Sequence record: NC_023568.1
Direction: 5' to 3' (one strand)
Length of the DNA: 64,000 nucleotides
Both the position numbers and the translations under genes were made by a program. Below the pieces are notes generated by a model that searched no databases, was not told the origin of the DNA, and saw only the letters and a program-made list of their open reading frames with translations. Shown here piece by piece: positions 53,959 through 61,535 of the stretch (position 1 is the first letter of the stretch; each line of letters begins with the position of its first letter).

Positions 53959-54195
53959 TTAACCTAAGTGTTTTCGCTTGTTCATTTCAGCAAGAATTTC
54001 GTCGTTGTAGTGCTTATTAAGCTCAACGAATTTCTTGTGCTGATCTGAAGTCAATTCGTTTGTATCGTTCAGATGCTTCAAAAACCCAAGAGGCTTACGA
54101 AACGACTTGCGATATTCATTCAGACGCTCATCTGTTAGATTGCGCAATTGTTTCGGAGTCAGTAACGTTTTGTTGATATTAAATGTTCCGCTCAT
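53959..54195 (-). CDS. hypothetical protein
   Basis: GAGGT RBS before ATG 54195. Confidence 0.7.
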   Translation of the reverse strand: MSGTFNINKTLLTPKQLRNLTDERLNEYRKSFRKPLGFLKHLNDTNELTSDQHKKFVELNKHYNDEILAEMNKRKHLG

Positions 54196-54221
54196 GTTAT
54201 ACCTCACTAGTTTATCAAAAA

Positions 54222-54337
54222 TGGTAGTCGGGGCTGGATTCGAACCAGCGACCACGTGCTTAACAGGCAATTGAAGGAGTGCTGGAGCGATACTTGTCAG
54301 TATCATTCTTCGTGCTCTACCACTGAGCTACCCGACT
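54222..54337 (-). ncRNA. tRNA body (Asn-like loop retained) with the module inserted in the anticodon arm
   Basis: AGTCGGG/CCCGACT, D and T arms, ACCA; insert GATACT-GACA-AGTATC-GCTC-CAGCA. Confidence 0.8.
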
Positions 54338-54342
54338 ATGAA

Positions 54343-54864
54343 TTATTTAACTTTGAATTTCAAATTTCGATATTCAAAGTTTCGTTTGTCTTTTTTACTG
54401 TAATACGTATCCCAATCAATAGAAACAGGACAGTTCTTACTACCCACACGAGATAAGAAAACGTCGTGAGTGTCTTTGTAAGCTTCTCTGAGAGACTTTA
54501 CTTGTTTCTCATGATGAGTTATGTACTCAGCACACGCTTTGTTGTACTCAGCTTTAGAGAAGCGGTCATCGCCCGTGAAATTACCGTTTAGATACGGTCG
54601 AATAACACGAACACGCTCTTTAGACCATCCCATACTAAAACTATTTTCAATTCGACCGATGATTTCACCAGTCTTTTTACATCGTGCAAGAATAACCCAG
54701 CAACGCTCTCTTCGAAAGTCTTTTCGAGTGAATACATTGATGTACTTATCAACATACTCTTGATAGCGTTCGTTATATATTTTACGAAGTCTGCTACGTT
54801 CTTCAATCGTCATAGCAGCACGTTCTTCTTTAGAGAACGCCTCAACGAACTTCAATGGTTTCAT
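54343..54864 (-). CDS. hypothetical protein
   Basis: GAGG RBS before ATG 54864. Confidence 0.7.
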   Translation of the reverse strand: MKPLKFVEAFSKEERAAMTIEERSRLRKIYNERYQEYVDKYINVFTRKDFRRERCWVILARCKKTGEIIGRIENSFSMGWSKERVRVIRPYLNGNFTGDDRFSKAEYNKACAEYITHHEKQVKSLREAYKDTHDVFLSRVGSKNCPVSIDWDTYYSKKDKRNFEYRNLKFKVK

Positions 54865-54877
54865 TATAATTTCCTCT

Positions 54878-54974
54878 TGGCGCCGCTCGTGTGAATCGAA
54901 CACACGTCAAACACAACACCTCTTCAACCCAATTAGAGTTTCGAAGTAAGAGCTAATCAGCATTTCAGAGCAGC
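54878..54974 (-). ncRNA. tRNA-like RNA with CCA and non-canonical D/anticodon region
   Basis: GCTGCTC/GAGCGGC acceptor, GTGTG-TTCGATT-CACAC T arm, GCCA end. Confidence 0.65.
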
Positions 54975-55121
54975 CGAGCGTTATTTCTACATACAAGACT
55001 TCGACATCTCACATGCACTTTCTACTCGGTCCCAGTGATTCGGTACCAACGTAGGTTGCGAACCTACGTCTGCACTAATGTTGGGAATACACTGTGTATT
55101 GTACGCCAGTTAGCGGCATTT

Positions 55122-55352
55122 TTAAAGATAGCTGTCAAAAACATCATCACTGACTTCTTCAATCTTGATGTCAGCGTAACATTCGTTCGCAACTGCTCGA
55201 ATTTCATCTATTGAAACTGTACCCGAGTACAAAACAACAGAGTCGTTCGGAATCACAACATCACACATGTATCTGTCAAACATTTCAGTTCTGAAATCGT
55301 AATCGACGTAGCAAGCGTGCATTGATGTGATAACTAGCAATTTATGTGACAT
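55122..55352 (-). CDS. hypothetical early protein
   Basis: TTGACA-17-TAGTAT promoter at about 55383-55411; GAGG RBS. Confidence 0.7.
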   Translation of the reverse strand: MSHKLLVITSMHACYVDYDFRTEMFDRYMCDVVIPNDSVVLYSGTVSIDEIRAVANECYADIKIEEVSDDVFDSYL

Positions 55353-55431
55353 AATGTTTTCCTCGTGTAGTTGATAATGTGTATACTACACGTTGATGAA
55401 ACGTCTGTCAACAACTTTTTTCAATTTATTT

Positions 55432-55509
55432 TGGTGACCCCAACAGGACTCGAACCTGTAACCTACCGATTATGAGTCGGTTGCTCTAACCGTGTTGAGC
55501 TATAGGGCC
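55432..55509 (-). tRNA. tRNA with CAT anticodon (Ile2- or Met-like)
   Basis: GGCCCTA acceptor, loop CTCATAA, CCA. Confidence 0.88.
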
Positions 55510-55510
55510 A

Positions 55511-55879
55511 TCATTTCTCTAGAAATCGACCAACTTTCGCAGCGAAGATGTTTGCTTCTTCTGTAATACGAGCAGTCGATTTAATTTGATGAAATGCGTC
55601 TTGTTGATGCAGCAAATCGAGCTTATCTGCACATTTCATCAATTCTTTTATAGTTTGCATAATCTCAATATTATCAATCTGACTTGTATCAGGGTGATAA
55701 TTTAGATTGTCTAATATCGGCAGAACTTGTTGATAGCAACCCATGCCAATGAAGTTTATCATAAGTCTATACTGCATTTCAACAGCAAATGTACAATATT
55801 TTCGAAGATTGCGCTTTACAATCTCACAACGATGCAATATACAATCAAGTTCGTCATTTATGTCATTAAACTTATTCAT
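55511..55879 (-). CDS. hypothetical protein
   Basis: GAGGG RBS before ATG 55879. Confidence 0.7.
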   Translation of the reverse strand: MNKFNDINDELDCILHRCEIVKRNLRKYCTFAVEMQYRLMINFIGMGCYQQVLPILDNLNYHPDTSQIDNIEIMQTIKELMKCADKLDLLHQQDAFHQIKSTARITEEANIFAAKVGRFLEK

Positions 55880-55893
55880 AAACCCTCGAAAAT

Positions 55894-56017
55894 TGGTGGA
55901 GAGTACGGGATTTGAACCACGTGACAAAAAGATTTACCTAGTTATTAAGGTTGCAGCATGAATGCTTGTCAGTATTCTTTAACATTCTTTTGCTCTACCA
56001 GACTGAGCTAACTCTCC
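55894..56017 (-). ncRNA. tRNA body with the module replacing the anticodon loop
   Basis: GGAGAGT/ACTCTCC, ACCA; GAATACT-GACA-AGCATTC-ATG-CTGCAA. Confidence 0.8.
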
Positions 56018-56024
56018 AGAATTT

Positions 56025-56140
56025 GAAGGTGAAGTGCAGGACTCGAACCTGCGACCTCCGGCGTGCATGTGAATGCAGAATGAAATCTTATCAGACTTCG
56101 TTTTTTGGCCGGCGTTCTAACCTACTGAACTAACTTCACC
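56025..56140 (-). ncRNA. Asp-like tRNA body with the module replacing the anticodon loop
   Basis: GGTGAAGT/ACTTCACC, CCGGC/GCCGG stem; GAAGTCT-GATA-AGATTTC-ATT-CTGCA; no CCA. Confidence 0.78.
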
Positions 56141-56150
56141 AATGTAAAAA

Positions 56151-56287
56151 CATATTGAGCAGGGTGCAGGATTCGAACCTGCGTCACGATCTTGGAAATG
56201 ATATGCTAAATTGATTGCAGAATACAAACTTAACAGCTTGCGTTTATGCTACGTGTGCTAGCCACTACACCAACCCTGCTCAATATG
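56151..56287 (-). ncRNA. Gly-like tRNA body with the module, inside a 15-bp terminal stem
   Basis: GCAAGCT-GTTA-AGTTTGT-ATT-CTGCAA; residual TTTCCAA; T arm GCAGG-TTCGAAT-CCTGC. Confidence 0.78.
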
Positions 56288-56330
56288 TTCTTGAGAGTGC
56301 TTGTGATTAACCACAAGCACCAAAAATCCT

Positions 56331-56519
56331 CTAGTTATATTTGCCTTAGCTAATCAAAACACAATCTGGAATCGTGCGCTTTAATTACGGGATGAATGAC
56401 CCGTTCGCATGTGATTAGCGCAAAAGTATGAATGCGCACCTTTTCTTCTTCAATGTCCAAGGCAAAAAGGACGATGAATACTAGTGCGAGAAGATATACA
56501 ATCAAATTGTCCACCTCGC
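56331..56519 (-). ncRNA. multi-helix structured RNA
   Basis: TTTGCCTT/AAGGCAAA, CTAATCA/TGATTAG, ACGGG/CCCGT, GCGAG/CTCGC pairings. Confidence 0.5.
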
Positions 56520-56528
56520 TTTGTTAGT

Positions 56529-56675
56529 GAGAGTACATTGGTCGAGTGTAACGGAATCGAACCGTTCCCACGATCTCCCTATGATATGCGTAAATTGGTT
56601 GCTGAATATAATCATGTCTGATTACAGTATGCTACGTGTGCTGCCACTACACCAACACTCGACCAATGTACTCTC
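56529..56675 (-). ncRNA. tRNA body with the module, inside a 21-bp terminal stem
   Basis: CGAGTGT/ACACTCG + ACCA; TGTAATCA-GACA-TGATTAT-ATT-CAGCAA; paralogue of 56151-56287. Confidence 0.8.
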
Positions 56676-56676
56676 G

Positions 56677-56758
56677 ATATTTTAAATGTGCGCTACTTGC
56701 ACGCCAGAACGTATACTGGCTCCATGTATTCATTGCGGCTAACGCACATTTAAAATAT
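56677..56758 (-). ncRNA. long-stem RNA
   Basis: 16-bp ATATTTTAAATGTGCG inverted repeat enclosing a GCCAG/CTGGC hairpin. Confidence 0.5.
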
Positions 56759-56760
56759 TA

Positions 56761-56864
56761 CTCATCTTCAGAGAAGAGGCAGAAACGATGAGTTTAGTCT
56801 GCTTAATCAATATTGTTCATCTTCAATAAGAGGCGAGAACGATGAACTTAGCTCGCTTAATCAA
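56761..56864 (-). repeat. two tandem H-type pseudoknot units (55-nt period)
   Basis: five compensatory base-pair changes between copies. Confidence 0.8.
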
Positions 56865-56872
56865 CTGTGTTA

Positions 56873-56993
56873 ATCTTAACATCATTTCAGTGTAAGTCAA
56901 CAACTTTTTTCAAATATTTCATCGAGTTGAAAGTTTGTGTTCTGTCTCTCGACTCGATGAAATACATTCTACATGCTTTTCAGAATAAGTCAA
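56873..56993 (-). promoter_or_regulatory. two early-type promoters heading the tRNA/ncRNA operon
   Basis: AAAGTTGTTGACT...TG.TAAGAT and AAAGTTGTTGACT...TG.TAGAAT; 13-bp leader hairpin between them. Confidence 0.75.
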
Positions 56994-57010
56994 CAACTTT
57001 TTGAAAGTTT

Positions 57011-57265
57011 TTATACTGAAAGAATGATACCGCTTTCTGTCTCACCTCGTTCAAGCGCAGCGTGCTTGATTTGAAGCTGAGATACAGCTTGTTGAAGCTC
57101 AGTGATAGCTTTATCGTAAAGTTTGTTGTTCTCTTTAAGTAAAGCAATCTGATCGGTCTGCATACCGATGATATACGTCAATAATACAACGTTCTCTTCA
57201 GTAGTTAGAGTTTCGGGAGCTTCATTGTACTTCTTTAATACTGCTTCAGTAGATAAATCAGTCAT
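57011..57265 (-). CDS. coiled-coil hypothetical protein
   Basis: ORF track; start probably MTDLS. Confidence 0.65.
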   Translation of the reverse strand: MTDLSTEAVLKKYNEAPETLTTEENVVLLTYIIGMQTDQIALLKENNKLYDKAITELQQAVSQLQIKHAALERGETESGIILSV

Positions 57266-57713
57266 TACTATCAACCCAATTTAAATCAAGTGGTTCAAGA
57301 TATTCATCAACAAGCCGAACTTCAGCGTTGACGGGCATAGGTGTGATCGCGTCGTCATAAGACAACGTAACGTGAGGGGTATAGTCAGGGTAGTCGTGAG
57401 TACCACCGATAGAGATAAGATCATCGTGACGTTCTACAAGTTCTGGACATACCATCTTAGCAACAACTGCATATTTGCCGTCTTGCGTTTTCCAACAGTC
57501 GATATGTTCAACAGTAGCAACGAAAGTGGTATCGACAACAGGTACATCAATTTGCTTACGACTATAAAGCACAGTCACGTGAAATTTATCTGGTTCTAAC
57601 GGATTTTTTAGACGAAGCGTTTTCTGCAATCGAACTAACTCTTGCTTACTCGCCTCGTCTAATCTGATACCAACGTAAGTTCCCTGACTTTCAAGGAACT
57701 TAGATAGTTTCAT
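57258..57713 (-). CDS. acb1: anti-CBASS 2H phosphodiesterase (T4 gp57B)
   Basis: two HxT motifs (FHVTVLYSR, THDYPDYTPHVTLSY), EYLEPLDLNW; synteny 57B-57A-1-3. Confidence 0.9.
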   Translation of the reverse strand: MKLSKFLESQGTYVGIRLDEASKQELVRLQKTLRLKNPLEPDKFHVTVLYSRKQIDVPVVDTTFVATVEHIDCWKTQDGKYAVVAKMVCPELVERHDDLISIGGTHDYPDYTPHVTLSYDDAITPMPVNAEVRLVDEYLEPLDLNWVDSND

Positions 57714-57979
57714 TATTCAGCGTCTTTTTCTTGTTCGCCGTCGCCTTCAGCAGGACGTTCAGCTTTACCGGTTAGAATTGCGATTTCGTCAACGTAGTTC
57801 TGTAGAGAACTTGCTTGCGTCTGATCGAAATCGAGTAGTTGAGCTAGTACACCCACGAACTGACCAAAAGAATTGCGCTCTTCTTGAAGAGTCTCTTGTA
57901 GGTCAAAGGTACGCACTTTAAGATCTTTGATTTGTGCGTCTTTCTGTTCGATTACTTGTTCAGCAGTTTGTTGTGACAT
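57713..57979 (-). CDS. gp57A: tail fibre assembly chaperone
   Basis: LKVRTFD coiled-coil motif; synteny. Confidence 0.75.
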   Translation of the reverse strand: MSQQTAEQVIEQKDAQIKDLKVRTFDLQETLQEERNSFGQFVGVLAQLLDFDQTQASSLQNYVDEIAILTGKAERPAEGDGEQEKDAE

Positions 57980-57983
57980 GTTT

Positions 57984-58628
57984 TCACCTTAAATTTAAAT
58001 TATCAATTTGTTCATACAGTTCTTCAAGAGAACCGTTATTGTCTATTTGAATAGCGTCTTCAATAAAACCCAATTCGGTATCGCTAATGTGATTAGATGC
58101 CAGAGAACCTTCTCGGTTAACTTGTAACATCGTGCCACCAAGCTCATATACTAAATTCATTTCGTTTTCAAAACGAACATCAGTAATTATAAAGAGCAAG
58201 TCGGGGTTGTTAAACACTAACTGATTGTATTTATCACGTGCATAATTGATCCAATGCTGATCGTTAAGAGAACGTGCAACATCAGTACCTGTCATTTGTA
58301 AGAGATCTCGAATACTAAAAAGACCAGTGTGTGGAAGTAGAGTAAAGTATACGTAATCATAATCAGCATCTACGTTTGCGTAGTCACAGCACTTCAATAC
58401 AAGTTCAATTGCTTCGTCTAACGTAAATACTGGAACTTCGCGGTCACAATCTGTTTGACCGTCTATGTCTGCATAATCATAGCCATATTCTTTTAACCCA
58501 ATGAACAACCCTTCTTTAATCGGGTCGGCAAATTTGTAAATGTAAGTGCTATCACTATGAGATTTTTTAATGGCAGCAGCAAGGGTATCTTTCCCTGAAC
58601 GCTTTTGTCCATTGATTCCTATAATCAT
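57984..58628 (-). CDS. gp1: deoxynucleoside monophosphate kinase
   Basis: GQKRSGKDT P-loop, QMTGTD, ITDVRFENE. Confidence 0.9.
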   Translation of the reverse strand: MIIGINGQKRSGKDTLAAAIKKSHSDSTYIYKFADPIKEGLFIGLKEYGYDYADIDGQTDCDREVPVFTLDEAIELVLKCCDYANVDADYDYVYFTLLPHTGLFSIRDLLQMTGTDVARSLNDQHWINYARDKYNQLVFNNPDLLFIITDVRFENEMNLVYELGGTMLQVNREGSLASNHISDTELGFIEDAIQIDNNGSLEELYEQIDNLNLR

Positions 58629-58711
58629 AATGAGTTACCTATTAATAGTGTGTTTCGTCTCACGATTATACGACAGATCTGGTGATTTCTAAACAATGCG
58701 ACAAGGTGCCT

Positions 58712-58814
58712 ATTCTCTAATATTACTAATACCTCTAACTTCACTAAAACTACTAATACTACTAAGATGATGCCCAATTTTTGGGCCTCACACCAAATTC
58801 TGCCGCTTCGCTCT
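58712..58814 (-). repeat. origin-like element copy 2
   Basis: CTAA at 58717, 58726, 58735, 58744, 58753, 58762; hairpin 58771-58787; AGAGCGAAGCG. Confidence 0.85.
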
Positions 58815-58826
58815 AGATTCAGATAC

Positions 58827-58849
58827 AAAAAAAGCCCCGTAAGGGGCTT
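58827..58849 (-). terminator. terminator after gp3
   Basis: AGCCCC ttac GGGGCT + T run on - strand. Confidence 0.8.
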
Positions 58850-58858
58850 AATTGCTTT

Positions 58859-59395
58859 CTATGAACCCATATAGGGTGTTATTACTTCTTCTTTGCCATC
58901 GACTTTATGAATCATTTCAAAATATGAATATTCAAACTCGACATCACAAGTTACGACTTCAACATCACCAGATTCAGTATAGTTCCATTCTACAGCACTG
59001 AGTGACTTTGGAAATGCATTGACAAAACGATATGTTGCTACAATTTTATCTTTGTTGTTGTCTAGAACATGTAGAAGCATAGTAACTGGAACAATCCCGT
59101 CACTTGTACTAGCACCTGTTGGGTTATTCATTGTGATCAACCATCTATACAGCTCGGCATACGTCCGCATTTCTTCATCGACTAGAAATTGAATCGAAAG
59201 ATCGTCATATGATGTACCAGAACCTGCAACATGGTTATTTGCTAGTTTGGCATACTTCGGACCACGAGTAATGCTTGCAATTTCCATCGTAACACCCGGG
59301 ATAGTGGCAGTTTGTATCTGCCACTGGAACGTTTGAGTTGCGTTATTATCAGGGATGTCGATTCGGAAATTATTCTTCATCGTTAAGTTTTTCAT
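58859..59395 (-). CDS. gp3: tail tube terminator / sheath stabiliser
   Basis: NF.I.IP, IPG, F.VDEE, LDN.K motifs as in T4 gp3. Confidence 0.88.
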   Translation of the reverse strand: MKNLTMKNNFRIDIPDNNATQTFQWQIQTATIPGVTMEIASITRGPKYAKLANNHVAGSGTSYDDLSIQFLVDEEMRTYAELYRWLITMNNPTGASTSDGIVPVTMLLHVLDNNKDKIVATYRFVNAFPKSLSAVEWNYTESGDVEVVTCDVEFEYSYFEMIHKVDGKEEVITPYMGS

Positions 59396-61368
59396 TAATT
59401 CACCGTTCTTCTATTTGGTGAAGGCACTTTCGCTTCACTGTTTACGCTTAACGGTCTATTGAAGTTCGTTGTATTCTGAACTGAATTGACCGCATTGTTC
59501 ACGAAGTTAGTTCCAACCTCTTTCGTTTGCTGTGCTGCTCGAAATGCTGCTTCTCGCGCTGCGACAGCTTCTAAGATGATTGAACGCTTAACTTCTTGCA
59601 TTGGCTTAATGATCCCCTCATTGATCATACGTTGACGTTCAGCCGCTACAATTGCGTCTTCTGCTATTTGCTTCTTCTCGACTTCAGCTTGCAAGAACTT
59701 GTCAAGAGATTCGGCAGACGTTGCTAAATTCTTAGCAGGGTCTTTGATAGCATCAGCAGCGTTCTTAGCACCGTCTATAACCGCTTGTGCTGTATTCTTA
59801 GCCCCATCAACGATCATATCCCCAGCTTTGCCTAGATAGTCTGTTTGATAACGCGCATTGAGTCTTTCACGAACTTCAGCTTTGTCAGCATCTAGTTTCG
59901 CTCTTTTACCTTCAATGTCAGCATCTGCTATGAACTTGTCCATGCCTTCTGAACGCATCCAGTCTGGTAATGCATTTAATGCATCAACTACAAATGATTT
60001 AACGTTTAACATCAAGTCATCTATTGCTAACATAAGCAATCTAAACGAATCAGGAATTGATAACCAACCAGCTATGATTTTGTTAATTGCATTAACGTAC
60101 ATTCGGAAAGCTTTCTTAACGAAAGATGTCACTGCATTGAAGCCAGATACAATTCCATCAACTGCACCTTCGGGTACTGCTTCTTGAATATTGTCACTGA
60201 CAATACCGAACCATTCTCCGATACCTCGAACCATATCGCTAAACCAGTTCGACACTATATTAAACAACATTTCCCGTTTTTCGGGGTCGCTGAAAATACT
60301 CTTCAATGCAACGAAGATTCGGTCGATTTCTTCTTCAAATAACTTGTAAATGCCATAACCCGCAAGCATACCAGCTAATGCGATTGGGTTTAACATGATT
60401 GAAATCATACGACCTAGTCCTAAGAATGTTTGACGAACAACTGCCCACATCCATTTTTTGACCGTGCCTCTCATGTCAGTTGCAAGTTCTTGAACGATTT
60501 TACCCGTCCCTTGGCTAAACTTACCAAACCCTAAGAGAATGCTTGAAGCGATTCGACCTAGTTTACCAAATTTACTAGCCGTTGATGCAGCCGCTGCCAT
60601 AGATGTTGAAAACGTTACTAATTGACCGCCTAGCATTACTAGACCTACACCAACTAGTCTAAACAACTTGGCAATCCATCCTAGCTTTTCGCCTGTTAGG
60701 TGATTCGCGATTCGACGTAGATCACTCGCTTGATTGCGTTGCACTTTCATGTTTTCTTTGTAACGAAATTGCTCAGTTTTACGAGCACGGGTATCAGTAA
60801 CGACTTGATATGCAAATATCTTCTTGTATAACGCGCTTATAAAGCCCACAGTAAGCGGAGAGTTGTTACCCGCACCGTTCGTCAAGAAACTATTTAAATC
60901 GTCGGCAGTCGTCTTCTGAAGCCCGATTATTCGCTTCATGTCATTGACTCTGAAGATCAGTCGTTCAAACCATCGAGTAAACCCCTCCTGCATACGAGCA
61001 AACTGCATTTTTGCAGTCAATCGCATCTCTTGAATACCGCGATCAATTCTAGACAAGTGACCTTTGAAATCTAAAGTAGTTTTGATGATATCAGTTAGTG
61101 ATATAATCGAAGCGCGGACTCTGTTTGATGTCTGTTCGAAGTTTTCAATGACGCGCTGAAATAGATTTTTCTGTTGTGCAACTGCCTTTTCGTTAGTTTT
61201 GAAGACCGATTGCATTGTTTCGAGCATCGTTGACGTTGTTATATCAATGTTGTTGATATGACGAGCCACACGCTGCATCGTGTAAACTTCAGGTCGGTCT
61301 TCTTGTTGGAGAATCAAATGATCTAATCTTCCGATTATCTCATTCATCTTTTTTTCATCAGCCGCCAT
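59395..61368 (-). CDS. probable tape-measure / baseplate hub protein (gp29-like)
   Basis: 657 aa, helical, hydrophobic Gly/Ala-rich middle; follows gp26 and gp51. Confidence 0.6.
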   Translation of the reverse strand: MAADEKKMNEIIGRLDHLILQQEDRPEVYTMQRVARHINNIDITTSTMLETMQSVFKTNEKAVAQQKNLFQRVIENFEQTSNRVRASIISLTDIIKTTLDFKGHLSRIDRGIQEMRLTAKMQFARMQEGFTRWFERLIFRVNDMKRIIGLQKTTADDLNSFLTNGAGNNSPLTVGFISALYKKIFAYQVVTDTRARKTEQFRYKENMKVQRNQASDLRRIANHLTGEKLGWIAKLFRLVGVGLVMLGGQLVTFSTSMAAAASTASKFGKLGRIASSILLGFGKFSQGTGKIVQELATDMRGTVKKWMWAVVRQTFLGLGRMISIMLNPIALAGMLAGYGIYKLFEEEIDRIFVALKSIFSDPEKREMLFNIVSNWFSDMVRGIGEWFGIVSDNIQEAVPEGAVDGIVSGFNAVTSFVKKAFRMYVNAINKIIAGWLSIPDSFRLLMLAIDDLMLNVKSFVVDALNALPDWMRSEGMDKFIADADIEGKRAKLDADKAEVRERLNARYQTDYLGKAGDMIVDGAKNTAQAVIDGAKNAADAIKDPAKNLATSAESLDKFLQAEVEKKQIAEDAIVAAERQRMINEGIIKPMQEVKRSIILEAVAAREAAFRAAQQTKEVGTNFVNNAVNSVQNTTNFNRPLSVNSEAKVPSPNRRTVN

Positions 61369-61535
61369 TATTGTTGTTCCTTATTCTTTTCTTTGATGTG
61401 ATGTATAAGCTGTGCGGCATAGATTTCGCGCTCGAATAGAACCATTGTCTCTAAATCGTATAGCGAAAAATTGCCATGAGTGATCATGGCAAAGTTTTCT
61501 TTGTAATACTCTTCGAGTGAGTATCTACCGAGCAT
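61368..61535 (-). CDS. gp51: baseplate hub assembly catalyst (55 aa), absent from the ORF track
   Basis: SLEEYYKENFAM...FSL.DLE.M...EREIY; TAATG coupling at both ends. Confidence 0.75.
   Translation of the reverse strand: MLGRYSLEEYYKENFAMITHGNFSLYDLETMVLFEREIYAAQLIHHIKEKNKEQQ

Noticed and set aside
42175-56675. Repeated CWGCA motifs as a CRISPR array
   Set aside because: Copies are irregularly spaced, share structure rather than a 25-40 bp identical repeat, and no cas genes are present
54222-56675. Intron-containing tRNAs
   Set aside because: Inserts are only about 40-55 nt, show no group I core or bulge-helix-bulge, and in most copies removal would not restore a 7-nt anticodon loop; splicing is not formally excluded
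56761-56864. preQ1 riboswitch (suggested by queE)
   Set aside because: Lacks the recognisable preQ1 ligand-binding sequences and A-rich tail, and is not upstream of a protein gene
58625-58828. 67-aa membrane protein ORF
   Set aside because: Hydrophobic run is the translation of the 9-bp TTAG iterons, no RBS is visible, and the copy at 7403 has no start codon
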